Shown here in pieces: positions 18,355 to 28,398 of a DNA stretch of 64,000 bases. Every line of letters begins with the position of its first letter. Positions within the stretch are counted from its first letter, which is position 1. Location of the stretch: the IMG/VR virus record IMGVR_UViG_3300018426_001942, positions 87,965-151,964 of that record, one strand, 5' to 3'. The notes below the pieces were generated by a model. That model was not told the DNA's origin and made no database searches. It saw nothing but the letters and a program-made list of their open reading frames with translations. This DNA is from a virus. Both the position numbers and the translations under genes were made by a program.

Positions 18355-19241
18355 CTTTTCTTAATTATCCTCGGTGTGTTTTGATACACACTTTTAAAAA
18401 ATCTACTACCTTGTGCATCTAGGTCTGATATTTCTAAATCTAATTCATTACGCAAATTATTACCGTACTTAAAACTTTCAGATTTAACATCAAGTTCACT
18501 TACTTTTTCTTCTTTCCAATAATTTGTTAGGTATTTAAAATCTCTTACATTAGTATAGTCCCAATCTGTACACATTGTCATGTAACAGCCCATTCTTGCA
18601 CCAAGTATACTCCAATCTCCATACTCTACATCTGCTCCAACAGTACACCATATACGCAATCTATCTAAGTTTTGCCACCAAACTTTTTTTATGTCAGTTG
18701 CTTTGGCACCTTCGTTAAGGCTCATTTTAACGCCTTCGCGAAATCCTGCTCTCCAAGCCTGAAATGGAGACCCGTTTGTATAACTTACTGAATAATTATC
18801 ATTAAATTGATAATATTTTTCGTCAAAACAAAACTCTACAAGTCCTTTCGTATCGTCTGGATTTGAATTTTCATGTGTTTTCATATTATGGACGAACTTA
18901 CGAGTCCACATTTTTAATCCACCATTGCCGTACATAAGTCCGTTAACGTGAACTTTGCCACACCAACTAAAAACATAGTCTTCAGTGACGCCTAACTTTT
19001 CTAAATCAATTTCTTGCTGTAAAAATTCAGTGTCTATTATGTTGTCACCGTCAACTGTGACAAAATATTCTGTTTCACTTAGATCTGCACATGCCTTGTG
19101 TGCGGCATCTGATCCGTCTACACCATGAACACGCTTTGCCCAAGGCAACTTGTTACACAAGTCTGCATAGTTTTTTTCAGCATTTGGTTCGTCATAAGAT
19201 AAAAAGATAATATCTTGATCAATGACTTTGATTTTACTCAT
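18351..19241 (-). CDS. Glycosyltransferase (GT-A fold)
   Basis: DIIFLSYDE..GSDAAH..FVTVDGD (DxD)..YGNGGLK..AWRAGFREG; homologous to the C-terminal domain of 10223..11899. Confidence 0.72.
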   Translation of the reverse strand: MSKIKVIDQDIIFLSYDEPNAEKNYADLCNKLPWAKRVHGVDGSDAAHKACADLSETEYFVTVDGDNIIDTEFLQQEIDLEKLGVTEDYVFSWCGKVHVNGLMYGNGGLKMWTRKFVHNMKTHENSNPDDTKGLVEFCFDEKYYQFNDNYSVSYTNGSPFQAWRAGFREGVKMSLNEGAKATDIKKVWWQNLDRLRIWCTVGADVEYGDWSILGARMGCYMTMCTDWDYTNVRDFKYLTNYWKEEKVSELDVKSESFKYGNNLRNELDLEISDLDAQGSRFFKSVYQNTPRIIKKR

Positions 19242-19809
19242 TTACTACCTCGCAAGAATACTTCTGAAACCTTCTATTAGTATATACACTAAAATCTTCA
19301 AGATTAAACTGAGTCTGGCTGTTAAACTCGAGTTCATTATCGATTAAATGCTCTACTGTAGTGGTAAAATATTCGTGCAAGATATTCGGATTATTCTTCT
19401 GCGTAACAGAAAACCTTAAATTTTGATTTATTCTTTCTTTTTTATCTTCTAGTTCTAGTTTTGCCTCGTCTGATAAAGAAATATTCCACAAATTTTGTTT
19501 TGTTTTGTATTTTACTATAACTTGAGCATTATTTGTTGGAATAATTTTATACACATTATCATTAACATCTGACTCAATTTTCTTATTCTTAGATACAATT
19601 ACATAAGATGATGTTCCGACATCATAAACAACTTTGTGCGTTGTTATACTTTTGTTGCCGTCTAGAAAATCACGTATATCTTCAATTTGTGCCGGGAAAG
19701 AGCTCTCAAATTCCTGTTCTATGTTAGATATAGATTTAATATCTCCTGTATCTTTATCAAAATATACCTTATGTTTGATTTCAAATTTAGGTGTCTGTAG
19801 TACAATCAT
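19234..19809 (-). CDS. Hypothetical protein
   Basis: 191-aa ORF overlapping both neighbours in operon fashion; no recognisable motif. Confidence 0.75.
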   Translation of the reverse strand: MIVLQTPKFEIKHKVYFDKDTGDIKSISNIEQEFESSFPAQIEDIRDFLDGNKSITTHKVVYDVGTSSYVIVSKNKKIESDVNDNVYKIIPTNNAQVIVKYKTKQNLWNISLSDEAKLELEDKKERINQNLRFSVTQKNNPNILHEYFTTTVEHLIDNELEFNSQTQFNLEDFSVYTNRRFQKYSCEVVNE

Positions 19810-20642
19810 ATATCTAACCTCTTTTCTAGTATACTCAAAATGTCATCTGTTAAGAAACTATCTTCAGTGTAATGGAAAATACCAGTTTGCTTGTAATTAC
19901 CAATAAAAAGTTCTGCTTGATTTGTAAAATATGAGCCAACTTTCGTTTGCCAACTCTCACGAATATCATTCCAGCCTTGTATGTTTGCTTTCATGTGTGT
20001 AAATGAAGGATTAGGTAAATTAGGATTAGTAACTTTTGACTTACAGTCAAGCATATCTACAGTCATTGCTGCCGTTAAATCCATACTTGCAAAATTTTGT
20101 ATTAATTTATCGCCCTTAACCTTATAAAAATCCTGCCAATTGTTAGTAATAGTATCTAACCATTTGTAAAATTCAAGTGCAAAATCACTTTTCTTAAAAT
20201 AATGGAAACCCATGTACACATCAGGTAAATGTAACTTTTTAAAATTACGTCTATAAAATGTATCTGTAACTCTTTCACCTCTGTAATCATAAACTGTTGA
20301 CGTTAGAAACATATCATAAGGTTGTAAAATTTCCATCCAACTTGTAATATCGTCTAACACTAACATGTCTGTGTCTAACACTATTGCATCATCATAAGGA
20401 GATATAAAGTAAGTTTTCCATCTATTGTGTATTTTCCAATCATACTTGTTTGCTAAGTCGCCCCATGGTATTTCAATAATGTTATCAAACAGGTCTTTGT
20501 ATTTTTCAGGCACAACATTATCGGTTAGAATACTAATTTTAGAATTAGGAGTAGTGTTGTGTATGCTCATAGCAAGAGCACATGCTTGCTGCACGTAATC
20601 AACATGTTCAGTATTTTGTGCAACTAGAATAAAATTAGGCAT
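19806..20642 (-). CDS. Glycosyltransferase, GT8-like
   Basis: DYVQQA..LA.SI, ISPYDDAIVLDTDML (DxD), FTHMK, FHYT. Confidence 0.72.
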   Translation of the reverse strand: MPNFILVAQNTEHVDYVQQACALAMSIHNTTPNSKISILTDNVVPEKYKDLFDNIIEIPWGDLANKYDWKIHNRWKTYFISPYDDAIVLDTDMLVLDDITSWMEILQPYDMFLTSTVYDYRGERVTDTFYRRNFKKLHLPDVYMGFHYFKKSDFALEFYKWLDTITNNWQDFYKVKGDKLIQNFASMDLTAAMTVDMLDCKSKVTNPNLPNPSFTHMKANIQGWNDIRESWQTKVGSYFTNQAELFIGNYKQTGIFHYTEDSFLTDDILSILEKRLDI

Positions 20643-21477
20643 CTATTATTTCCTCTAATGCATATTTGTTCATTACATGCACACTATTTCCTAAAAACTT
20701 ACAAGGAATAAATTGATCAATAGTATTTTCTTTTTGTAGTAAGAACGTAAATTTATCATCTTGAATACTGTGAACTAAATCTCTATCCGCCGTAAAAAAC
20801 AATTTACCCGGCATTGACTTTGCAAAATTTCCTTGCTTAAAATTGTTCATTATATGAATTGCAATACTAAAAGCATAATCGTTTCTATAAGTTGTGGAGA
20901 CAATATTATAAACATTTCTATAGTGTCTATAATTTTCCTGTATATGCTTTAATAAATTAAAAAAAGTTCTATTTAATTCTGTTTTTCTAAAAAATACACA
21001 AGTAGCCCAATAAAAATCTACACTTGTTTCACTTATAAATTTAAATTCACTTGTATCTCTTGATGCTAGATCAATAGCATCTTTGTAAATTAAAAAGTCA
21101 TAGGCACTATCATAAGCATTTTTTAATATGCTATCTGCAATAACATAATCACTATCTAGTACTATAGTTTCATCATACGGACTAAGATCAAAAGCAAGTA
21201 CCCTATCATCATTTTTGAAATCTAAAACTTTGTGTGTCTTTGCACTATTGTAAAAATATTTCTTGCTGGACTCAACTGTGATATCATTTATAATAATTTT
21301 ATCAAATACATCTTTATACCTGTCATTAATGCTCTGTTTATCTGTAACTATAGAAACAGGAATAGACAAATATTGTTCAGCACGTTTTGCAAGAAAAGCT
21401 GCTTGCTTTACATAATCAATTTCACTGTTATTATGTGCAAAAACAAGAATACCTTTACTCATTAAAGATGCCTTCAA
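20635..21477 (-). CDS. Glycosyltransferase, GT8-like (paralog of the downstream gene)
   Basis: DYVKQA, LSPYDETIVLDSDY (DxD), RND, VHVMNK. Start is probably the second Met (MSKGILVFA). Confidence 0.72.
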   Translation of the reverse strand: MKASLMSKGILVFAHNNSEIDYVKQAAFLAKRAEQYLSIPVSIVTDKQSINDRYKDVFDKIIINDITVESSKKYFYNSAKTHKVLDFKNDDRVLAFDLSPYDETIVLDSDYVIADSILKNAYDSAYDFLIYKDAIDLASRDTSEFKFISETSVDFYWATCVFFRKTELNRTFFNLLKHIQENYRHYRNVYNIVSTTYRNDYAFSIAIHIMNNFKQGNFAKSMPGKLFFTADRDLVHSIQDDKFTFLLQKENTIDQFIPCKFLGNSVHVMNKYALEEIIDA

Positions 21478-21802
21478 CTGATCGTTGCTTTTTGATTTTA
21501 TTGTATTCGGTGAAATACTTGTTAGAGGCTTCTGCGTATGTTTTTACAAGATTATTTGTAAACCTTGGTAAATCATCTACAAGAATAGGAATGCCATTAT
21601 CATCTGTAAGTACAATTTGATCTTGTTCTAAACTTACTAGACTTTGACAAAAACTAATTAGTTCTTTAGAGGATGTAAACTGACAGCCGCTTTCGTAATG
21701 TATTAAGTCTGATTGATATTGTTGCTGTAAAAGATTCTTTTGTTGATTTATAATGTCAAGTAATTTACTTGCTTCAAGTGCTTTTGCTAATTTTTCGTCC
21801 AT
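21455..21802 (-). CDS. Hypothetical protein (first gene of the glycosylation operon)
   Basis: 115-aa ORF with a GGAG SD directly downstream of a consensus promoter. Confidence 0.75.
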   Translation of the reverse strand: MDEKLAKALEASKLLDIINQQKNLLQQQYQSDLIHYESGCQFTSSKELISFCQSLVSLEQDQIVLTDDNGIPILVDDLPRFTNNLVKTYAEASNKYFTEYNKIKKQRSVEGIFNE

Positions 21803-21827
21803 ACAAAGTCTCCATAAGTATACTGTA

Positions 21828-21856
21828 ATTATACACTATCAGGCTTTGATTGTCAA
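21828..21856 (-). promoter_or_regulatory. Perfect sigma70 consensus promoter TTGACA-N17-TATAAT
   Basis: -35 at 21856-21851, -10 at 21833-21828, followed by a GGAG SD and the ATG at 21802. Confidence 0.85.
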
Positions 21857-22335
21857 GAAAAAGACCAAGTCCAAATTGTTGTTAGATCTGTATCTGTTAT
21901 AGTAGGCACACGGGGTTCTGCTAAAGGATTTTCTGTACAAGCTCTTCTAATCCAGTTGTCATCTCTCCATTTTTTGAGAGTTGTAATTGTCTTACCTGTA
22001 TACCCTAGTTCAATGAATTTATTATTGCAAATTTCAAAGTATTCTTTTTGGTATAAGTAATCTCTATTTCCATTATGTGTTATACTGTAAATTCCATGGA
22101 TATAAAAATGCATAGTTTCCGCATCTAAAATTCCAAAAATTACAGAAACAGGAATATTATCTATAGTTACAATAAAAATTTCTGAATATGTATTAGAAAC
22201 ATACGATAAGTAACTTTCAAAATTATTAGACAGTCCGTCTGTGCTGTTAACAAAAACACCTCCAAGTTCTTGAACTAGTCTATCAACAAACTCTTGATCT
22301 AATTTATCAACTTTATGTACAAAATATGTTGCCAT
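21853..22335 (-). CDS. Hypothetical protein downstream of the tail fibre (possibly GNAT-like fold or fibre accessory)
   Basis: 160-aa ORF coupled to the fibre gene by a TAATG overlap at 22335. The fold is a weak guess. Confidence 0.65.
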   Translation of the reverse strand: MATYFVHKVDKLDQEFVDRLVQELGGVFVNSTDGLSNNFESYLSYVSNTYSEIFIVTIDNIPVSVIFGILDAETMHFYIHGIYSITHNGNRDYLYQKEYFEICNNKFIELGYTGKTITTLKKWRDDNWIRRACTENPLAEPRVPTITDTDLTTIWTWSFS

Positions 22336-25300
22336 TATTCAAGTGTCCTTACTAGTAAATTCCAAGTAGTATTCCATATCAGGGCTGGTCCTGCTGGTCC
22401 TGCGCCATCGCCGGCTTGTATTAATGGTGACGTACCGTCTAGTAATGTATCAAAAATAAATTGTGTTTGATTGGCTCCTGCGCTGTAAGATCTTGATGTT
22501 CTCACTGTTCTTACAAAATTAAGTTGATTACCACTACTACTCGCTGTTAACGTAACACTGTGTATTCTTTCAGCAGGAACATTACCTGTTAATGCTACTA
22601 CAATTTGGTATCTATACCCTATCATATTAGTAACATTTGTAACAATAGATCTAACAATGGATGTGTTTGCTAAACTATGACTACCTGTGCTTATAGTAAA
22701 GTTTTGACTAATACCTGTTATAGAAACACTTTGAAAATTTGTACTTATAAAGTTTTGCTGAGATGTCCCATTTGCTGTATATGTTTGAAATTGTCTTGCT
22801 GGTCCTGTAGAACTGTACCTTTTAACAGCAACAAGACCAGGGTGGCCAGCGCCTCCATATGCAGCAACTTGCTGCATAGCTCGTCCGCCGCCCCCGCAGC
22901 CTGGGCCAAATCCATTTGGATATACATCAGCATATTGGTGTACACTACTTGTGCCGCCTTGATAGACGAACCAATTAATCATGTCATCCCCTGTTGGAGG
23001 ATTCGCTCTACCACCGTTTTCAAAAGTATTTGCTGAACTATGGAATGTACCTGCAAGAGGTCTATTTGTGCCATTAGGAATATTTGGTAATACACCGTTT
23101 CCGAAATTTGTAGCTGCTCCTGTACTTGCTGTATGGCCGTTAAATACCGCTGAGGTAAATAACCCTTGAACTCCATTGTTATTTACATCTCCACCAATAG
23201 CAAAACCAGCAGCTCCTCCTGATCCAGCTTCTCCAGGTGCTAGTGCTATTCCGCCTCCGCCGCCAGATGTATAAAAAATTTCACTTGCTGTTTCTATAGC
23301 ATAATAAAATGCAACTTCGGGTTCAGTCGGTGTTCCAGTCTGTACGTTTGCTTTCAGACTACCTCTGTTATATACAACTCCGTTTATAGTTTTTGAGCTG
23401 CTAAAGTCATTTAGTCCAGTTGCTATTACTTTGCCTTGATGCACCCAAACAGATGGGACGTTAGTTCCTTGAAATACAAATGATTGATTACCACTTTGAA
23501 AGCTGTAAAATTCTTTGTTAGTAGAACTAAATGATGATGTTCCTCCTAGGCCGCCGCCGACGAAGGATGATGCACCTGAAACTCTTTGAGCACCATCTCC
23601 GCCACATCCAACTATAATACTAGTTGAATTAGGAATGTTGGCTCCTGTATAAGTTTTAAAACTAGTTGCTCCTGAACCTCCTCCTGGACCTGTTCCTTCT
23701 CTAGCAGAATCAACACTACTGGCGCCGCCTCCGCCGCCGCCTCCGATAAGCCAAACATCAATCCTATTATCATTAGGACCTTTAGTCCAAGTATAACCCG
23801 TGTCAGTACCTCCATAAAATCTGTTTTGTGAAAGTGTTTGGACTATTGGCGCACTAGACGAGTTTGCTGATACTATTGTAGTCTTAGAATGCGAGTCACC
23901 CCAGGTTTCAAAGTTGTCAATACCGTTAGTTCCTTGATCTAAGTCACTTACAGTATAGTATTCTAAAGAATAAAAGTTTTCTGTTACTGGTGGTACTGAT
24001 GTATCATTTACTGTTGTAACTTTTGAATCTACAACAGTGCCACCTACACCGCCTATTCTAGCAGAGATTGTTACATCTTCTGTATCACCAAGAACAGCAT
24101 CACTTAATGCTGTTAAATTAAATGATCCAGCGCCTCCTGTAACTGAGAAACTTCCACTATCTGAATCCATAACACCTGTTGGTGTTACACTATAGTAGTA
24201 AGTGCCATCTGAATCATCTGTAGTAAAATTATATGTGCCTTGGACTCCTTCATCTAAACTTGATGGGCCTGCAATTTGATATGTATTAGCAGGCGGTGGT
24301 GCCGCTACTGACTGACTCGTATCTATTATTTGTATAGCTGTCTGAATATTAAAAGATGGCACATAGCATATTAAAGTTTCGTCGCCGCCGGTATCAGTAG
24401 TCTGATCTTGAGCTATTGTTATAGTTACAGACCCTTGGCCTCCTTGCATCTCAAAATCACCACCCATTCCTTGACTGTTATCAAAGTCTGAAACATCTAT
24501 TCCTGTACCGCTTAATGTATATGGAATCAGTGTTCCATTAGTACTCGGGCTGACGCTTAGTGTAAATGTAACATCATCACCTTCATTAATTGTACCAGTA
24601 GCTGGAGTTCTAGTTAATGATGCAACAGCACCTCCTTGTACACCGCCGTCTAGCTCTGTAATTTCTGTAAACGAAGGTGCTGGTATGCCTAATACTGTAT
24701 CATGGTATACTAAACAATTACTTTCGATATTGTTAGTTACATATTCGTCTGTGCTAGGAAATGGTGATCCTGTACTAAAATCGTTGTCTTGAAATTCTAT
24801 TCTAAAACGCAAAACGCTAGGAGTACTAGAATTGCCTGCGCCTGCCTCCCATGCTTGAATAGTATATTTTATATCAGCATATAAGCCAGATCCGTTTTTT
24901 GTAAAAATAGTTGCTCTATTACTTGCACTAGTTGATCCCCAACTTGCATAGTAGTTACCAATTGCTGTGCCAGTACCTGGATTTGACCCATCTGAATATG
25001 TTGAATTTTTTGTGAAATGTATGGTACCCATATTTTCTAAAATAGTATTCCATACATCGTTTTTACTATTAGCTGTTACAGCGCCTATTAAGTCTGCATT
25101 AAATCTTATTTCTCCGCCACTGTTGAAAAAGTAGCGTCTCTCATCTGCATTAGCCCAAGTAATCTCTATTTCGTGTGTTATTTTTGAGCCAGGATTAGAA
25201 TAGTCACCTCCGCCCCATTGTGATGTTCTTTCACTTGTTGCTTTTGTTGTCGTACTAAAATTAGTTGCATCATGAACATCTTTGTCAGTAACAATTTCAG

Positions 25301-25835
25301 TAGCTGCAGCTTCGAAGTCTAAGTAACCTTCTGCTAGATCTTCTTCAGCGTTTGCACTTGTAGGTGCTAGTTTTGCTTGTCCTGATCCTGTTCCAGCCCC
25401 AGTTGCAACAAATTTTATACCAACTTCATTTGCTGATGCACCTATTAGTGTAAAGTCTGATGGATTATTAGGATCTGGATCTATGGAAAGTATTTGGTAT
25501 TCTATGCCGTTTGTTAGTGCTGTAATATCAATAGGAGTTTCGTTGCCTACATCTGCTGCACTAACACCTACATTTTCATCTGAAGATGGTGCCGCTAATC
25601 CGTCAGCGTTTGTCCATGTAAGGGGATTAGCTTGGTGTAACCTTGCTTTTATTAAATCATCGTATAAGGCTTGCATGTCAGATGCTTGTATTAAATCACC
25701 TGAACTTTTTTGAGAACTTTGTAATGTTCTGCCGTAGCCGTTCTGACCGCCATCACCTACTCCAAGAACATCTTGGATTTTTTGTTGAATAGTGTTATAG
25801 TTTGCCGCGGTAACATTTGTTCCAACTACAGCCAT
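22335..25835 (-). CDS. Tail fibre / virion adhesin with Calx-beta-like and glycine-rich domains
   Basis: N-terminal ~390 aa paralogous to 25860..26873; INEGDDVTFTL..IPYTLSG..SDF..ETL (Calx-beta-like); LIGGGGGGG..GGGSG..VG.GG..G..G.V.V glycine-rich fibre domain. Confidence 0.75.
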   Translation of the reverse strand: MAVVGTNVTAANYNTIQQKIQDVLGVGDGGQNGYGRTLQSSQKSSGDLIQASDMQALYDDLIKARLHQANPLTWTNADGLAAPSSDENVGVSAADVGNETPIDITALTNGIEYQILSIDPDPNNPSDFTLIGASANEVGIKFVATGAGTGSGQAKLAPTSANAEEDLAEGYLDFEAAATEIVTDKDVHDATNFSTTTKATSERTSQWGGGDYSNPGSKITHEIEITWANADERRYFFNSGGEIRFNADLIGAVTANSKNDVWNTILENMGTIHFTKNSTYSDGSNPGTGTAIGNYYASWGSTSASNRATIFTKNGSGLYADIKYTIQAWEAGAGNSSTPSVLRFRIEFQDNDFSTGSPFPSTDEYVTNNIESNCLVYHDTVLGIPAPSFTEITELDGGVQGGAVASLTRTPATGTINEGDDVTFTLSVSPSTNGTLIPYTLSGTGIDVSDFDNSQGMGGDFEMQGGQGSVTITIAQDQTTDTGGDETLICYVPSFNIQTAIQIIDTSQSVAAPPPANTYQIAGPSSLDEGVQGTYNFTTDDSDGTYYYSVTPTGVMDSDSGSFSVTGGAGSFNLTALSDAVLGDTEDVTISARIGGVGGTVVDSKVTTVNDTSVPPVTENFYSLEYYTVSDLDQGTNGIDNFETWGDSHSKTTIVSANSSSAPIVQTLSQNRFYGGTDTGYTWTKGPNDNRIDVWLIGGGGGGGASSVDSAREGTGPGGGSGATSFKTYTGANIPNSTSIIVGCGGDGAQRVSGASSFVGGGLGGTSSFSSTNKEFYSFQSGNQSFVFQGTNVPSVWVHQGKVIATGLNDFSSSKTINGVVYNRGSLKANVQTGTPTEPEVAFYYAIETASEIFYTSGGGGGIALAPGEAGSGGAAGFAIGGDVNNNGVQGLFTSAVFNGHTASTGAATNFGNGVLPNIPNGTNRPLAGTFHSSANTFENGGRANPPTGDDMINWFVYQGGTSSVHQYADVYPNGFGPGCGGGGRAMQQVAAYGGAGHPGLVAVKRYSSTGPARQFQTYTANGTSQQNFISTNFQSVSITGISQNFTISTGSHSLANTSIVRSIVTNVTNMIGYRYQIVVALTGNVPAERIHSVTLTASSSGNQLNFVRTVRTSRSYSAGANQTQFIFDTLLDGTSPLIQAGDGAGPAGPALIWNTTWNLLVRTLE

Positions 25836-25856
25836 TTATTTTTCCTCTATATTATG

Positions 25857-25862
25857 TATTTA
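25857..25862 (-). promoter_or_regulatory. Putative late promoter TAAATA overlapping the upstream stop codon
   Basis: TAAATA, then a GAGG SD and the ATG at 25835. Confidence 0.55.
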
Positions 25863-26873
25863 CAGATTAGAATTAACTGTTGGACTTGGAACTGATATAC
25901 CTAATGCTCCTGTTGCTGTTAAGAATGATACGGAACTTTCAGTTATGCCTGTTACATCTTCATCCTCAGGTCCTGACGAATTTGGATCTGAAACCTCGTC
26001 GCCGATATCGTTATCTACAAATACAATATTAAATCTTAAACTATTAGATGCTGTTTCCCATGCATCTATATAGTATTCGTTTTCTGCGTAAAGGCCAATT
26101 CCGCCTTTTGTAAAAAGTCTTACAGGGCTTGAAGAACTAGAACTTGACCAATCATGATAATTACCAATTGCTGTGCCTGTTCCTGGGTTTGATCCATCTG
26201 CTGACGTACTATTCTTTCCAAATGTAATTGTACCCATTGAATTAAGCATTGTTTGCCAAATTTCATCTTTGGTGCCAGGTGGTGCTGTAATTACCGTACC
26301 TGGAACACTAGTTCCGCCTGTAAGATTTGCATCAAATTTTATTAGTCCGCCTGTATTAAAAAAGTAACGTCTTTCATCTGCATTTTCCCACGTTACTGTT
26401 ATTGTATGATTAATACTTCCATTCCAACTTGACTGTCTTGTATTAGTATCTGCAATTGAAGTTGAAAATTGTGTGCTATCAAACACATCTCTATCGTCTA
26501 GAATGTTTTGTGCAGCAGCTTCAAAATCTGCAAATCCTTCTGCTTGATCTTCTGTTGCATCAGCTGATGTTCCTCCCGGACCTATATCAGCTGCATATAC
26601 ACCAACTATTTCTCCTATTGACGGAGCTGCGAGACCATCTGGATTTGTCCAAGTAGGCGGATTTCCTGTTTGGTGTGTTCTTGCTTTTACTAGATCATTA
26701 AAAAGTAATTGCATGTCATTAGCATATATGATATCATTATCTGCTTTTGACTTGCTTTCTAATGTTCTACCATAACCATTTTGTGCGCCATCACCAGGTC
26801 CAAGAACATTACTTATTGTACTTCGTATTGAGTTATATACTGATGAGTTAACTAAATCTGTGACCGCTGGCAT
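25860..26873 (-). CDS. Virion structural protein (fibre-anchor paralog)
   Basis: Shares YN.I...I..VLG.GDG.QNGYGRTL and W.NADERRYFFN.GG.I.F with the N-terminus of 22335..25835. Confidence 0.7.
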   Translation of the reverse strand: MPAVTDLVNSSVYNSIRSTISNVLGPGDGAQNGYGRTLESKSKADNDIIYANDMQLLFNDLVKARTHQTGNPPTWTNPDGLAAPSIGEIVGVYAADIGPGGTSADATEDQAEGFADFEAAAQNILDDRDVFDSTQFSTSIADTNTRQSSWNGSINHTITVTWENADERRYFFNTGGLIKFDANLTGGTSVPGTVITAPPGTKDEIWQTMLNSMGTITFGKNSTSADGSNPGTGTAIGNYHDWSSSSSSSPVRLFTKGGIGLYAENEYYIDAWETASNSLRFNIVFVDNDIGDEVSDPNSSGPEDEDVTGITESSVSFLTATGALGISVPSPTVNSNL

Positions 26874-26883
26874 TCATATTCTC

Positions 26884-28383
26884 CTAAAGTTTTAATATAC
26901 ACTCTACTAGTTTTTCGTCTTCACTTAAATTTGTTTCTAGAGCTATACCAACTAAAGGATTGCCATTAAAGTGTGTACTTGCGCAACCTTCTGCATCTAC
27001 ATAAACTTTGTCACCCTTTGCTACAGCGCCTATGCATCTTACAGGAACACGACCTTCAAGTGCTATTGCTTGACCTTTTGCTTCTGCATTCATTAGATAT
27101 GCAGGCTTTTCAGATATAACACCTACTGGAAAACTGTCTAGCACACATGGTGCAATTTCATATTCACCTGCTGTACATACATACATAACTGTTCCTACAG
27201 GATGATCTTTTTCTACAGTGTATTTTTCTGCTAAGTCAGCAAACTGTGCTTGAGTAGCTGTACCTTGGAAAATATCTGCAACAATTTTTGTATTATCACC
27301 GTCTTGCTCTCTAACAGCAATAGTACCACCAGTATTAGCTGCTGTTGCATAAGAGTAAGAAGATCCTGAATTTCCTATTCTAATTTGATTTGCTTGATCT
27401 GCTGTACCTTTAAAACTTGTAGCATGGATTTCATTGAATTCCTCACCAGTGCCGCCTATGTTGAAACTACCATCACTGGCACCGGGGACAATTCCTGCAG
27501 CGGTAATTGATATCGAATGTGTTAACTCTCCTGTACTAGCCGCTTTAAGTTCAAAATCTATTTGGTTGGCATCCGCACTTGTATTCTTAATCAAACCGGT
27601 GACATTATCTTCGCGCATAGTAAAGTAAAAATTACTATGTGTTACTAATCCTGCTGATAAATTTAGCTGTGTTGAAAATGTTGGTGTTCCAGCTTGAACA
27701 AAATTTTCAGCTGATAATCCATTTAACGATTCTGCGTTTGTTGCTGTACCATGGAACCTAAATCCGGTTGATGTAACACCAGAAGCCGGTGTATCACGTA
27801 AAGTAATACCTTGTTGAATATCACTAAATCCTTGTATTTCGTTATCAGCACCCGAACCTAATGTAAATGCTACTGGCGATATAACAAATACAACATTGTC
27901 GTTAACTGTTGCTGTAATAATACTTCTGGAGACACCATTTGGTGACGTGTTATCAAGTACTGTTCTACTAACCATTTGTGTTTGGCCTTCACCAGCATCT
28001 TGTGGTCCAATTAGGACAAAGTTTGAACCATTAAACACATAAAGTTGTTCGTTAGCACTATCCCACCAAAAATCACCGTTTGCTAATCCTGCTGGCTGAG
28101 CACCACTTACTTCAGCACCTCCAACTGTTCTCCAGTTTTGGTTGCCATCTCTAAATTTCATTCTATCTGATGCAGAATCAAACCATAATTGACCGCTTAA
28201 CGGTTTAGGTGGTTGATTTGCACCTGCAAAATTTTCTAGCAAGAATAAGAAGTTTTCATTATGAATTTCTCCATATCCTGCATAATTCTTTCCTACAAAT
28301 TTGATGTCTGTAGTTTCGTCAAGAGTACCATCTTCCACTGTTGTGAGCGGACTCTTATTAAATCTGTCTATTTGATACGCCAT
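26884..28383 (-). CDS. Tail fibre/baseplate-associated structural protein with a C-terminal intramolecular-chaperone-like domain
   Basis: Shared N-domain GKNYAGYGE..ENF..LLENFA..P..GQLWFD; C-terminal ADLAEKY...GVISEKPAYLMN...IAL.GRVPV. Confidence 0.7.
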   Translation of the reverse strand: MAYQIDRFNKSPLTTVEDGTLDETTDIKFVGKNYAGYGEIHNENFLFLLENFAGANQPPKPLSGQLWFDSASDRMKFRDGNQNWRTVGGAEVSGAQPAGLANGDFWWDSANEQLYVFNGSNFVLIGPQDAGEGQTQMVSRTVLDNTSPNGVSRSIITATVNDNVVFVISPVAFTLGSGADNEIQGFSDIQQGITLRDTPASGVTSTGFRFHGTATNAESLNGLSAENFVQAGTPTFSTQLNLSAGLVTHSNFYFTMREDNVTGLIKNTSADANQIDFELKAASTGELTHSISITAAGIVPGASDGSFNIGGTGEEFNEIHATSFKGTADQANQIRIGNSGSSYSYATAANTGGTIAVREQDGDNTKIVADIFQGTATQAQFADLAEKYTVEKDHPVGTVMYVCTAGEYEIAPCVLDSFPVGVISEKPAYLMNAEAKGQAIALEGRVPVRCIGAVAKGDKVYVDAEGCASTHFNGNPLVGIALETNLSEDEKLVECILKL

Positions 28384-28398
28384 TTTGTTTGTCCTATA

